DNA of 64,000 bases from Candidatus Marinacidobacterales bacterium (GTDB taxonomy: Bacteria > Acidobacteriota > Vicinamibacteria > Marinacidobacterales > SMYC01): positions 1,984,001 to 2,048,000 of the forward strand of contig OZ250169.1 of the NCBI GenBank assembly GCA_965237955.1. The letters run 5' to 3'. Each line of letters opens with the position of its first letter. Position 1 is the stretch's first letter. Made by a program: the position numbers and the translations under genes. The notes under the pieces were generated by a model that was given only the letters and a program-made list of their open reading frames with translations, did no database searches and was not told the origin of the DNA. Positions 32,600-44,735 of the stretch are shown here, piece after piece.

Positions 32600-32829
32600 C
32601 CGTATCGATGCCTCGTCCGCCGAGCCCGGAGGCTCTAGCGAAGGCGCTACGGCACAGACCGCCGAAGCCAGCAAAAAAGCGTGCTTAGTCAAGTCTGTAA
32701 TCCCCTTTTTCAACGCACTCCGTGTTCCCCAGGAGGCCGAGACAAGGGGAATCACAGGAAAAGCCTGAAAAAAATACTCTGACAGAATTTCTGATATCCT
32801 GTATTCGCTGTTCATTCGCCATAGTAGCC

Positions 32830-32897
32830 TATGCGCAAGCCGGCCAAGCTGGAGTGTCTCTACGTTGATTTCGACGGTTTTTTGCGTCCTGTGAGGA
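32830..32897 (+). pseudogene. N-terminal stub of a Y-family (DinB-like) polymerase
   Basis: MRKPAKLECLYVDFDGF(F)ASCE with a 1-nt indel in a T run. Confidence 0.45.
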
Positions 32898-32996
32898 GGG
32901 GGCGGACCCACCGTGAAGTGGTGGCGTCTCCATTAATGATAAACTTGGGAGGACAGCGTCGGTGATCTGCTTCGGTGCAGGGGGTACAAGGAGATT

Positions 32997-33880
32997 TTGA
33001 TGGTTCGACGACATAGTCAGATCGGAGTGAGCGGGATGTTGATGTCGGCATTGCTGGTCACGGCGTGTGGCGACAACAACAGTCCCACCGCAGTCAACCC
33101 GGAGAGTCTCGAGTTGTCGTTCAACGGACTCCAGAGTCTGGGTTCTGGTTTCGTCTACGAGGGCTGGGTCATGGTGAACGGCAATCCCGTTTCGACGGGC
33201 AAGTTCAGCGTCGGTGCCGATGGCAACTTGAGTAGGCAACGGTTTGTTGTCGTGGATGGGCTTTCGTCGACGACGAAGTTCATCCTAACCATCGAGCCGG
33301 TACCAGATTTCGATCCGGCACCGTCGGCGACGAAGTATCTCGCCGGTGACTTCTCTGGAAACAGAGCGGCGCTTTCTGTGGCGGACGGTGTAGCGCTGGG
33401 GACAAACTTCGCTTCTGCGTCCGGGAGCTTCATCCTGGAGACACCCTCAACTGCCGCTGTGGCGCGTGATTACGCGTCCGGCATCTGGTGGCTCGACCCT
33501 GGCGGTCCGAGCGCGTCGCTGGTGCTCCCGGCGTTGCCAGCCGGCTGGCTTTACGAGGGCTGGGTGGTCGGCCCCGAAGGACCAGTGTCAACGGGCCGAT
33601 TCGCTCAGGTAATGGGTGCCGACTCGGACGCGGGCGGACCGGCGGCGGGCCCGGATGGCATGCCGCCCTTCCCAGGGCAGGAGTTCATCACGCCGCTGGT
33701 CTCGCTGATCGGCTACCAAGCTGTCGTGTCGATCGAACCGGAGCCGTCCGACAGTCCTGGCCCCTTCACGCTGAAGCCGCTCGTGGATACGAACATTGAA
33801 GATGTTGGACCGGCCGTCCTCCAAGCCCATGGCCAACAGCGTGAGCATGTTCCCGACAGGGACCGCGACCCGCTGACCCG
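32997..33880 (+). CDS. Lipoprotein with duplicated YEGW-type domain; probable 3' frameshift at ~33826
   Basis: Lipobox LVTAC; two YEGWV..PVSTG.F repeats; C-term MANSVSMFPTGTATR* in another frame. Confidence 0.65.
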
Positions 33881-34055
33881 CGTGTCGCGCCGGTCAGCCA
33901 GCCAAGGGCTGCGATCGACCTCGCGGTGGCCATTGGAGAAAGAACGCCTACCTCGTAGAAGTGATGGCCAGGTCGAGCGGGAACGGCAGCGAAGTGAATG
34001 GAGTATAATTGGTGGCTCGATGGGAAAGCATAGCCCATCTCCGGAGTGTTGATCT

Positions 34056-35186
34056 TTGCTCAAGCGCGCGGCACGGACGTTAAAGAACCAGGCAACCCGC
34101 ACGGTTCGGCGTTACCGTACCAATCGAATCGTCAAGCAGGGCGACGGCCGAGCTCCCGAAGTTCCCCACTTCATGGTTTACGAGCCGACGCTGCTCTGCA
34201 ATCTCCACTGCAGCTTTTGCTACGTCGCGGACATCCTCAATCCTTCGGATTGGCGGTCCCGCGAGCTCAGCCTGGAGGAGCTCGACGGCATTTTCTTCGA
34301 AAACGGACTGAAGGCCGTCAACATCACCGGCGGCGAGCCGTTTGTACGCAAGAACCTCCTTTCGATATTCGAGCTGTTGCAAAAAAAGGGGATGCACTGC
34401 GATTACATCACCACCAACGCAACGATGTTGACCGAGGAGAAGGTACAATCTCTGGGGGCACTGGCGGCGTCGGGTTTCCTGCGGCATATCAGCGTTTCCA
34501 TCGACGGCCCGGAGGAGTTCCACGACGAGGTGCGCGGGCTGAAGGGAGCCTTCCAGAAAACCACCACCAACATCAAACGCCTTCGCAAGGCGTTTCGCGA
34601 AAATGGCGTCCCGCCCCGTATCTCGGTAAACACCACGCTCAATCAGGGCAATGTCCATCTCTTCCCCCGGATCATCGACGCGGTCGCCGAGTTAGGGGTG
34701 ACGCTCATCGGCGTCAATCACCTGATGTTTGCCACTCACCAGGAGATAAACGACACACTGGCCATACTCGGCGAGACCGATCCGGAGCTCATCAGCACTC
34801 TGGTCACCGATGACCCGGGGATCGAGCCTCGGGCCGTGCCCAAAGTGCTCGAAGAAGCAGTGGCCTACGGCAAGAGCAAGGGAGTGACCATCAACTGGCG
34901 GCCGGCCCAGTCATTTTCCGCCATGGAGAACTACTACACTCCCAACTACCCGCTCAAAGGCCAGTGCTTTTATCCGTTTTTTGGCGGGAGGATCACCTAC
35001 GACGGCAAGGTCCAATTCTGTCCGTTCATTCGCACCGAGATGGGCGATCTGCGCAAGCAGAGCCTCGCCGAGATCTGGAACGGACCGAAGTTCGTGGACT
35101 ACCGGAAGAAGCTTCTCGATCACGGCATCTTCCCCGCTTGCCGTCGATGTTGTAAAGTCGAGCTCACTCCTATCTCGGTGGACTGA
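34056..35186 (+). CDS. Radical SAM / SPASM-twitch domain protein
   Basis: CNLHCSFC, ITGGEP, SIDG, C-terminal CFYP..FCP..CRRCC. Confidence 0.9.
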   Translation: MLKRAARTLKNQATRTVRRYRTNRIVKQGDGRAPEVPHFMVYEPTLLCNLHCSFCYVADILNPSDWRSRELSLEELDGIFFENGLKAVNITGGEPFVRKNLLSIFELLQKKGMHCDYITTNATMLTEEKVQSLGALAASGFLRHISVSIDGPEEFHDEVRGLKGAFQKTTTNIKRLRKAFRENGVPPRISVNTTLNQGNVHLFPRIIDAVAELGVTLIGVNHLMFATHQEINDTLAILGETDPELISTLVTDDPGIEPRAVPKVLEEAVAYGKSKGVTINWRPAQSFSAMENYYTPNYPLKGQCFYPFFGGRITYDGKVQFCPFIRTEMGDLRKQSLAEIWNGPKFVDYRKKLLDHGIFPACRRCCKVELTPISVD

Positions 35187-35198
35187 GGCTCGGAGCCA

Positions 35199-35643
35199 AT
35201 GCTCTGGGCAGTGCCCGCCAAGAGCCCCGTCGCGCCAAGGGCGCTCGCCGTACTTGCTTTTTTTCTGCTCCTGACGCTCTATCTCACCTGGCCACTGCCA
35301 CTGCGCATGGGAAGCGGGCTGAGCACCAACCCCGACTCGCTGCTGAACTTCTGGGCCATGGCCTGGAGCTATCACATCCTCCCGCTCCAGCCGCTCTCCC
35401 TGTTCGACGCAAACATTTTTTTCCCGCGTCCGGATACTCTGGCGTATTCGGAGCATCTGTTCGGTATTACCCTGCTCGCGGCCGCCCGTCTGGTGGCTGA
35501 GTGGCAGCCCGCTGATTGCCTATAATTTCGCCATCGGCCGCATCGTTTTTCTTCTCCGGGCTGGGCATGTATTGCCTGGTGCGAGAGTTGACCGGCAGCC
35601 GCTGGGGCGGCATGGCCGCAGGCATCGTCTACGCCGCCGCCCC
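35199..35643 (+). pseudogene. Membrane glycosyltransferase-like (YfhO/GT-C type) protein, frameshifted and truncated
   Basis: [27 protein letters not shown]; ends at a type-B terminus. Confidence 0.7.
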
Positions 35644-35710
35644 CGTCGTGTCCAAAAACTCGAACGGTGCCGAGAAGCTAGAATCCTAGAGGCGTTCTCG
35701 AAGTCCGCAA
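35644..35710 (-). repeat. Type-B transposon terminus
   Basis: CGTCGTGTCCAAAAACTCGAACGG..GAATCCTAGAGGCGTTCTCGA, similar to 48586 and 59850. Confidence 0.8.
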
Positions 35711-35734
35711 AAATTTTCTGCGGGCGCCGGGCTG

Positions 35735-36025
35735 GTGACCGCGTAGTCTTCTCCGCTGCGTTTAGACGGCTTGCTCACAAGACACAGGTACACCCTCTAT
35801 CGGACAACGATCACGTTCATACGAGGCTGACTCATAGTATCGAGGTTGCATCGGTTGGCAGGTCTATGGGTACGATCATTGGATCGCCGATCGCGGTTAG
35901 ACTGGGCAATCCCCAGATTACCCCCGATACGTTCGGGTACATCGTGCAAGCAGCCTGTCTCGCCCACGACATCGGCAACCCTCCATTCGGCCATGGTGGG
36001 GAAGATACAATAGGCGGATGGTTTA
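35735..36025 (+). pseudogene. dGTP triphosphohydrolase (HD) internal fragment
   Basis: [40 protein letters not shown]. Confidence 0.88.
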
Positions 36026-36027
36026 AT

Positions 36028-36427
36028 GTCCCTCTCGGGGATGGGTGAAATCCCTCGCCTTTAGGCGAAGCCTTCAGGGGGCTTGCGGTACGATGTATGG
36101 ATGCAAGGTTATCGTAAATCATCGCACACGACGTATTTACTGCATTATCACTTTGTATTCATCCCGAAGTACCGCAAGCCGATATTGCGAGGAGATGTAG
36201 CAATTCGAGTTCGGGAGCTGGTAAGGGAGATCTGTCGGACGAACAACATAGAGATCCTGAAGGGACATGTGCGTCCGGAGCACGTGCACCTGTTGTTGAG
36301 CGTGCCGCCGCACCTGGGGCCGAGCCGAGTGATGCAGGCGATCAAGGGGAAGACCTCGCACCATTTGCTGAGAGATTTTCGGGCGCTGAGAAAGCAGTTC
36401 TGGGGCCGGCACCTATGGGCTCGAGGG
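36028..36427 (+). mobile_element. tnpA: IS200/IS605 tnpA, 3'-truncated
   Basis: YHFVFIPKYR, EHVHLL (HUH), FWGRHLWARG, then break before the catalytic Tyr. Confidence 0.88.
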
Positions 36428-36833
36428 AACAAATCGCTCACACCGAAAAATCTGTGGGCGTTCGCCGCTGGACGCGGCGCGCAAGAAAAAACGCTCGCCG
36501 AGCTGCGCGGTCAGTTCGCACTCGACGTCGTACCCACCAACGACTATGCCGCCAACAACGCTTGGCAGCAATTGAAACATCCTCGCTCACAATCTCTGTC
36601 GAGGATTTCAACTGGATACTATCGCCGAGAACAAGCCGCCCTCACCAAAACGGACCTCCATGTACGTTCTACACAGCGTGAGAACGTTGCGGTTTCTCAT
36701 TATTTCCAAAGCGGGACGACTCGTTCGTATCGGGGGCCGCAACGTCCTCCGAATGTCCAGAAACTCGGACACTCAGCGGCTATTTGAAGATCTCGAACTT
36801 GCCTTGGCGTCTTAGATTTATTTGCGATTAAGG
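36428..36833 (+). mobile_element. IS1380-like transposase 3' remnant
   Basis: LW.FAAGRGAQEKTLAEL..ANNAW; after a frameshift ILAHNL..TLRFLII.KAGRLVR; ends GATTAAGG. Confidence 0.6.
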
Positions 36834-37003
36834 TTAAATTACGGCCAAAATAGCGCTCACGACCTTCGCTGCGCGCTAAATGAAGCGTAAGCGCCTTTTT
36901 TGCAAAGGGATGCGTACACATCACCAACAGCAAACAGCGCAAGCACCATTTTGTCAGTAACCAGCTCAAGTTGACAGTACCCTTATAACCATTTGTTTCA
37001 ATC

Positions 37004-38315
<1,312 letters not shown>

Positions 38316-38316
38316 A

Positions 38317-39501
38317 TCAGTTGGATCGTTGAACGGCTTTCAATAGATGCTCTAACCGTTCGGCTCGGTGCTCCCACGCAAAGCCATTAGCGTCCTGGAA
38401 AGAATTTTCAGCAATTCGAGTTGCCAACGAAAGGTCATCTACAACACGATTTATGCCGTCAGCGAGCGCGTCTGCATCTGACGGAGTCACAAGAACTGCA
38501 TTACGCCCATCCTCAAGAACTTCACGCGTGGCCTGTAAGTCAGACGCAACAATTGGCTTTCCTGCAGCAAGATACTCAAATAGTTTGAGAGGCGAAGTAT
38601 AGCGATCTGCAGATTCAGTCGACGTGGTCGGAAGGACCAACACATCAGCAGTCCCTAACCTCGTCTGTACATCAGCCACCGAAATCATCCCAACAAAGTC
38701 CACCCGATCACTAATGCCAAGAGACCGTGCTAAATTCTGCAGTCGGAGACGGTCCCCCTCTTCAGGATGGCCACCGACAATAACTGTTCGAACCTTTGGT
38801 AAACGGGTAACGGCACGGAGTAATACCTCGACGCCCTTCCATGGATACAGATGTCCCGCGTATAGGACGACCGGCGACTCAAGCCAACTCGGTGGTGTAA
38901 ATCGCCTATTTGACGAAAGGCGAACACCGTTCGGGATAGTAATAATGTCATCTCTCCGACCAAAACGCGTCTCGAGCTCACTTGCGAGAGTTCTTGTCGT
39001 GGTCACATAACCATCCGCAAGCTTCCATACTCGCTTTTCACGCCTAAAAAGACGGTCCTTTTGGGGCGGCCTTGCACGGCGCCCCCCAGACACGAGTTCG
39101 TCCATTGTCGCGGCAAACACCGGAGCAAATCCGTGAGACTCAAACACAATTGGTGGACGCAGCCACCGCGGCAGGTCCAAAAGTAAGGAAGCGATGCCAA
39201 GATCACGAGTCAGAATTACGTCGGACCGATGGCATACCGAACGTTCGACAGCGAACGCGAAATAGAGGGCCCGACGGACTGCCGGTGGACCGACAACACG
39301 TAGACGGTCAATGGTCAGTGTTGAAAGAGCTTTTAACCCGTAAAACTTGAGCGGGTCCCGTGAGGGTCGTGCAGTATCCGAACGCACGCCCAGAAAGACT
39401 TGGTGCCCACGCGCGGCGAGAGCGTGACACGTTTCCATCGTTTGTACGCCATTGGCTCGCTCAAGTGGAAATCGGATGTCCGAGAAATAGCGAATTCGCA
39501 C
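38317..39501 (-). CDS. Glycosyltransferase family 4 protein
   Basis: YAGHLYPWKG, SPLKLFEYLAAGKPIVASD; visibly more AT-rich than the core genes. Confidence 0.9.
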   Translation of the reverse strand: MRIRYFSDIRFPLERANGVQTMETCHALAARGHQVFLGVRSDTARPSRDPLKFYGLKALSTLTIDRLRVVGPPAVRRALYFAFAVERSVCHRSDVILTRDLGIASLLLDLPRWLRPPIVFESHGFAPVFAATMDELVSGGRRARPPQKDRLFRREKRVWKLADGYVTTTRTLASELETRFGRRDDIITIPNGVRLSSNRRFTPPSWLESPVVLYAGHLYPWKGVEVLLRAVTRLPKVRTVIVGGHPEEGDRLRLQNLARSLGISDRVDFVGMISVADVQTRLGTADVLVLPTTSTESADRYTSPLKLFEYLAAGKPIVASDLQATREVLEDGRNAVLVTPSDADALADGINRVVDDLSLATRIAENSFQDANGFAWEHRAERLEHLLKAVQRSN

Positions 39502-39589
39502 GTCAAGTCACTGGCTTCCGCTCGGACGCGCCCTGTCGGGCGGGCGGCTTTGCGTTGGTCATTTCGATGACACGGGTGCTTCCGCAATT

Positions 39590-40092
39590 AGCGGCTGCCA
39601 CGAGAGGAAATCCCGCAAAAGGCGTTCGACGGCCTGCGCGTCCTGGAGCGTGGCGGCGTTGCTAGCGTCAGCAGCAACATCACCCGACAGCCGGACGACT
39701 CGGTCACAGAGCTGACCATCTCGGTAGAGTGCCCATTCATTGCCGTCGGTGTAGAGAATGTTTGGGATGGCCGAGAAACGCTTGAATTGTTTGCGATTGT
39801 GACCCTTGAACCGACTGGCGGTGGCGCCAACCCCGGGTGCCTTGAGTTCGGCGTATCCGGCGAGCAGTTGGTTGAGATGAACGGCGTAATCAGGTCGCCC
39901 GATGCGCCCAGGCAGGAGCGTCTCACCCGTGCAAACAATATTCCAATTCAACGCCTCAGCGACAGCGTCCATAAAAGCCTCGAACGGGCCACGCATCTGA
40001 TCTTCTTGTGCGCCAGCGATGACCTGCGTACTTTTGGTTGTTACGGCGTTGGCGAAGGCTTGCAGAGCCACGTGGAAGCAAGTCAGATCCAT
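39590..40092 (-). pseudogene. N-terminal nuclease fragment of a type ISP/IIG restriction-modification enzyme
   Basis: EDQMRGP..GRPDYAV..GYAELKAPG..NILYTDGNEWALYRDG; no methylase or helicase follows. Confidence 0.7.
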
Positions 40093-40595
40093 ATCATCTC
40101 GACTATTGTCGATCCTTGTCCTCTTTGGCAATTCGCAATATGAGATTGTCTCAGGCGAGGCCCGAGGCATCAGCGAGCTCGGCTGGCATCCCGCCGGCCG
40201 CCGTGATCGCGTTCCTAACAGCCCGTGGAAGAAGTCTGTTCGCTGAGCCGGCCTGTTTCAGGCAGCTTGGCGATGAGCGATTGAGTTGACGAGCGCCGCC
40301 GGTGTCCCTTTGGACCCTGGCTCGCTCTTGCGACTGTTTTCGAATATCCGGCCTATTGTTCTGAACGCCAGGGCTGCCCCTAGGCGGTCGTGGAGATCCT
40401 CGCCCATTCGAACGAGGTGACACCAATGCCCTGGGAGGGTGACGTTGTGGCCGGCGATTCGGGTTCCCCGTACGCGCAGGGAAACACCGTCCAGAAACGG
40501 GATGCCACGCTCTCTGGGGGAAGACCTGGATCCAGGTCCTGGGCAAAGATGGACATCAAGGAGGCCCGGGCCGCACCTGGATCAGAACGCGCTAG

Positions 40596-40720
40596 TCCCC
40601 TGGATCTTTGATTACTATACAAAGTTAGGCTTTTCGCCAGCCCATAATATTCATAAGATTCATGCACTTAGAAGGGTTTCGGCAAGCTCTGCTTTATCTA
40701 GTTTGTTCTGATACATGGGA
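40596..40720. mobile_element. 125-bp MITE, copy 1
   Basis: CTAG TSD; TCCCCTG..CATGGGA ends; single-CTAG empty site in the paralog at ~58203. Confidence 0.88.
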
Positions 40721-40875
40721 CTAGCCCGCTGCGCCGCGGTAGCCCCGGCCCCGATTCTGGGCCTCTCGGGTGGCCTCTTTTCCCGCCGCCCGCATGGCCC
40801 GGTCAGCGCCCGCTCCCCTATTTGGGGCAAACGTGTCCCTCGGAAATCGAGATTAGAGACGAAAACGAATATGAG

Positions 40876-43800
40876 TGTTAGCGGCGGGCGTAAATTGCAC
40901 ACTTATGGCGGGCGAAAATTGCACACTCGGCCATCCGTAAAAGGAGGCCGTTGTCGTGTGTCTGGAGTGCCAGACATGACGGCGCGCCTTCAATCAGAAT
41001 GGCGTTTCCGGAGTGGAGGCGCCGATGTACGGAAGGGAGAAACGAGTGTTACTACGAGAGTATTTGGAGCAGGGAATCAAGAAGGCGGCGCTAGCAGACA
41101 AGCTAGGAATCAGCCGCCGAACGGTCCACCACTGGATAAAGACGGGTCAACTGGACCGAGAGTTGGACGAGGAAACGGTGCGCTACAAGAAGCGTCCGCG
41201 GATCGAGCGCAGGATCGACCCGTACCGGGAGATCCTTCATTCGCGCCTGCACGAGTTCCCGGAGCTGAGTTCAGTACGCCTGCATGATGAGATCCGTGCC
41301 GCGGGCTATGAAGGCGGCTACACGCAGGTCAAGGAGTACGTGCGGCAGATTCGCCCACAGCCACCGGCGGAGCCGCTGGTGCGTTTCGAGACCCCACCAG
41401 GCCACCAAGCTCAGGTCGATTTTGCACACTTTCGTTTGCCATGGGGTCGTCGGTGGGCACTTCTCGTGGTGCTCGGATACTCGAGGCTGCTATGGCTTCG
41501 GTTTTTCAAGCGACAGGACATGCGGACGTTGTTCGCGGGGCTTGAGCAGGCCTTCCTATTTTTTGGAGGAGTTCCCAAAGAGCTCCTTTTTGACCAGATG
41601 CGTTCGGTCATCGTCGAGGATCACCGCCGGGAAGGTGGCCCTCTCGTTGAGAACCCAGAGTTCGTCCGCTTCGCCCACCACTGGGAGTTTCGAACAAGAG
41701 CGTGTCGCCCGTATCGGGCGAAGACCAAGGGCAAAGTGGAAAGGCCAATCCGCTATGTGAGAGGAAGCTTCTTCTACGGTCGCCACTTTATCAACGATGA
41801 CGACCTCGATGCTCAGCTCGAGCGTTGGCTGAGTGACGTCGCCAACGTCCGACTCCATCGCACAACCAACGAACGACCGATAGAACGATTCGCGCGCGAT
41901 GAAAGGGCCACTCTGAGACCGCTCGTTGAGCGGCCATATCGCTCTCTTGTACTGCCAAACCAACCCGCGAGAAGAACTCCAAAAGCCTGCTTAACCACAC
42001 TGCCTTCGATGGATGTCGAGCATCGTCCCCTCGAAGTCTACACGCGGCTCGTTGGAGGTGGACAATGAAGGCGAGCACAATATCGCGACGTGAGCAGATC
42101 CGTACGATGCTGGCCGACCTAAAGATGCCTGGCGCGCTCGAAGCTGTCGACCGCGTACTATCTGATGCCGATGGCGGTGCGGTCACAACGGCGGAGGCCA
42201 TCGAGAACCTTCTTGGAGCGCAGATCACGTTGAGAAACAACCGTCGTCTCCAAGCGGCGATGCGCTCCTCACGACTCCCCGCGGTCAAAACAATCGATGA
42301 GTTCCGATTTTTCGTTCCAGCCATCGATCAAACGCGAGCAGATTGAGAACCTTCACGAGCTCGGGTTCGTTGAACGTAAGGAGAACGTCGTCTTATTGGG
42401 ACCTCCTGGTGTGGGCAAAACTCATCTCGCGATTAGTCTTGCCATCGCCGCTGCCCAGAATGGACGGCGCGTCTATTACGGCACCCTGGCTGAGCTCATC
42501 ACCTCCCTCGAAGAGGCTCGTGACGCGGGCCGCCTCACTCGTCGACTCGCGGTTCTCAGTTATCCGTCACTGCTTGTTGTCGATGAAATCGGATACCTAC
42601 CCGTCACCCAGACCGGCGCGGTGCTTTTTTTCCAGCTCATAAGTAGGCGATACGAGCGCGCTTCGACCGTGCTCACCTCTAACAAAAGTGGGTCTACGCG
42701 GGTTCGTGTGGGTTGAAAACGGCATTTCTGGGTAATGGCGGAAGGAATGCCGCCACGATCTTCAGCTTGAGATATCCCTCGTCACGATAGCCGTAGGCGC
42801 GTCGTTGCAGAACACGGATTTTGTTGTTGACCCCTTCAACCAGTCCGAGACTGACTTTGTTCTCAGGATGACAGTAGGAGGCGATACCATCCCAATGGGA
42901 CTCAATCATTCCGGCGAACTTCTGGTAGGGATGCAGGCGCTGCCATTTGAGGCTGTCTTTCCAACGTGTGAAAAAGGCGCGAGCCCCGCGTTCGGTGCGG
43001 TAATCCCAGAGTTGCCCGAAGGCCTCCTTCAAAACATAGGCGGTGTTCAGGCGCCGGTTGGCCTGGAGCAACTTCTTGAGTGCGCGGCGACCGTCCAGGC
43101 TCAGGTTCTCCCGCCGGGAAAGCAACGTGTAACGCTGCCCCTTGATATACGACCGGTCCTCGCCGCTGAGGCGTTTGTACTCACGGCGCCGGACCTCATC
43201 GAGAGCCTTTGACAGGTGACGCATGATATGAAACTTGTCGAAGATGATCCGCGCATTGGGTGCGTTGTTAATCACCGAGTTCCGGAAGGGCTTCCACATA
43301 TCCATGGCGGCCAGCTTGATACGGGCGCTTTTCTTCCCGCCCAGCGCCTTGAAGAACAAATCGATGTCGGTTTCTTTGCGACCCTCACCGCCCACCCAGA
43401 TGGGACGCGCCCGCTCCAGGTCGCTGACAATGACACGATAGTTATGTCCCTTGCGGATGGAGATCTCATCGAACCGATGGCCCGAGGCGCCGGCAGCCCC
43501 GCCCGCTCGACTTGCTCTTGCATGTAGAGCTTATCCAGGTCCTTCACCGTAGTGTGGTGCAGACGTTCCATCTCGGCCACCGCCTTGTTCGGCATATCCC
43601 GGCACAGCTTGCCCACATGCGTCGCAAAGCGCTGGGTGTAGCGCGGGTTGTTCGCCAGCCAGTCCAAGTGTTCTACATGCACACCACCGCACCCACGACA
43701 GTTGACGCGCCAACGCTCGTATTCCAGATAGATCCGCCAGCCTGCCAACGACAGGTCGCGGACCCGGCACACTTGCTTGTCATAGCGCCCCCGGCACCGA

Positions 43801-44368
43801 TGCCCACAGTACGAGCACACGGCTGTTTTTTTCGCCTCTTGAGCTGGATGACGCGGGCGTATCGGTCACCGAATACACCGTTCAATCGGGCGCCAGCCAC
43901 GAAACCTGGTAGCGCAAAAAGCGAGCGGATCGACTGGGGATTTTTCACTCGGTTAGCCTATCCTAAAAACGGATCACTTCTCAGCACCTGATGAAGTGCT
44001 GAATACCTTTTCCACACAATGAGTTACACTATTTCTCCGTCAGCATTCGCCCACAGATTTCCGCGTAGACCCACAAAAGTTTCGAGGAATGGGGCGAGAT
44101 CCTTGGCGACGAAGTCATGGCCGCCGCTCTCATCGACCGCATTCTGCACCACTGCCACCTCGTCAACATCCGAGGAAACAGTTACCGCATGAGAGAGCAC
44201 TCCGAACTGTGGCGAGCGCTCCATCCGGCGGGTTCGGACGAACCTCACCCGCCGGCTAAATCTCATAGGAAATACACGGAGGCGACGGCGTCATAGGGTT
44301 CGCCACCCATGGCTCGGGTGTGCAATTTTCATCCGCCATGAATGCGCAGTTTTCGGCCGGCGTTGACA
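40876..44368 (+). mobile_element. IS21-family element (istA ~41025-42068; istB frameshifted and interrupted)
   Basis: TG..CA ends with repeated AAATTGCACAC; 5-bp TSD ATGAG; FETPPGHQAQVDF, KGKVER; GPPGVGKT. Confidence 0.93.
42690..44072 (-). mobile_element. ISL3-family element nested in istB; transposase in three frames
   Basis: IR GGGTCTACGCGG / CCGCGTAGACCC; 8-bp TSD ACAAAAGT; MDMWKPF, FDKFH, VEGVNNKI. Confidence 0.92.
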
Positions 44369-44735
44369 ATGAGACCCTTTCAGCCCTTTTTAGCGCGTCT
44401 CTGGTGACACCTGTTCCTGCAAAACCCCGCAAACCGCGCGGAAAATCTCACCCGTCTCTGCAGTGCCGCAATTGGCCGGACTGGTTGGCGGATGGTGAAG
44501 TCCGGAGCTATCCGGTCTCGGCTGGAAACCCCGAAGCACAGGTCGGAACCTACGTCCTGGCCCATACGGGGGGTTTTGCGAGTTTTGCGAGTCATATCGC
44601 CCTTTTCGCCATGCGCGTGTTGGGGCAATGTAGCGAATACTCAGAGAAGCCGTGGTGTCCACATCATTTTATCCTCTTTTTCTACAGTGATTTAACGGCT
44701 GCCTTCACGTGCTCGGTCCCCGCACACCTCATGGA

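Larger units (their letters stand above)
40452..44732 (+). repeat. Copy 1 of the ~650-bp non-coding module, split by a MITE and IS21
   Basis: 40452-40875 plus 44374-44732 are colinear with 58090-58730. Confidence 0.85.

Noticed and set aside
36083-36787. Long TnpA fusion, or TnpB/omega-RNA system
   Set aside because: Chance in-frame join of truncated tnpA to an IS1380-like remnant; no tnpB seen
36971-36989. TTGACA..TATAAC promoter before IS3
   Set aside because: Spacer is only 7 bp
44484-44525. Additional tRNA gene
   Set aside because: Only a TCCGCCA-like end; no cloverleaf or TTCG T-loop
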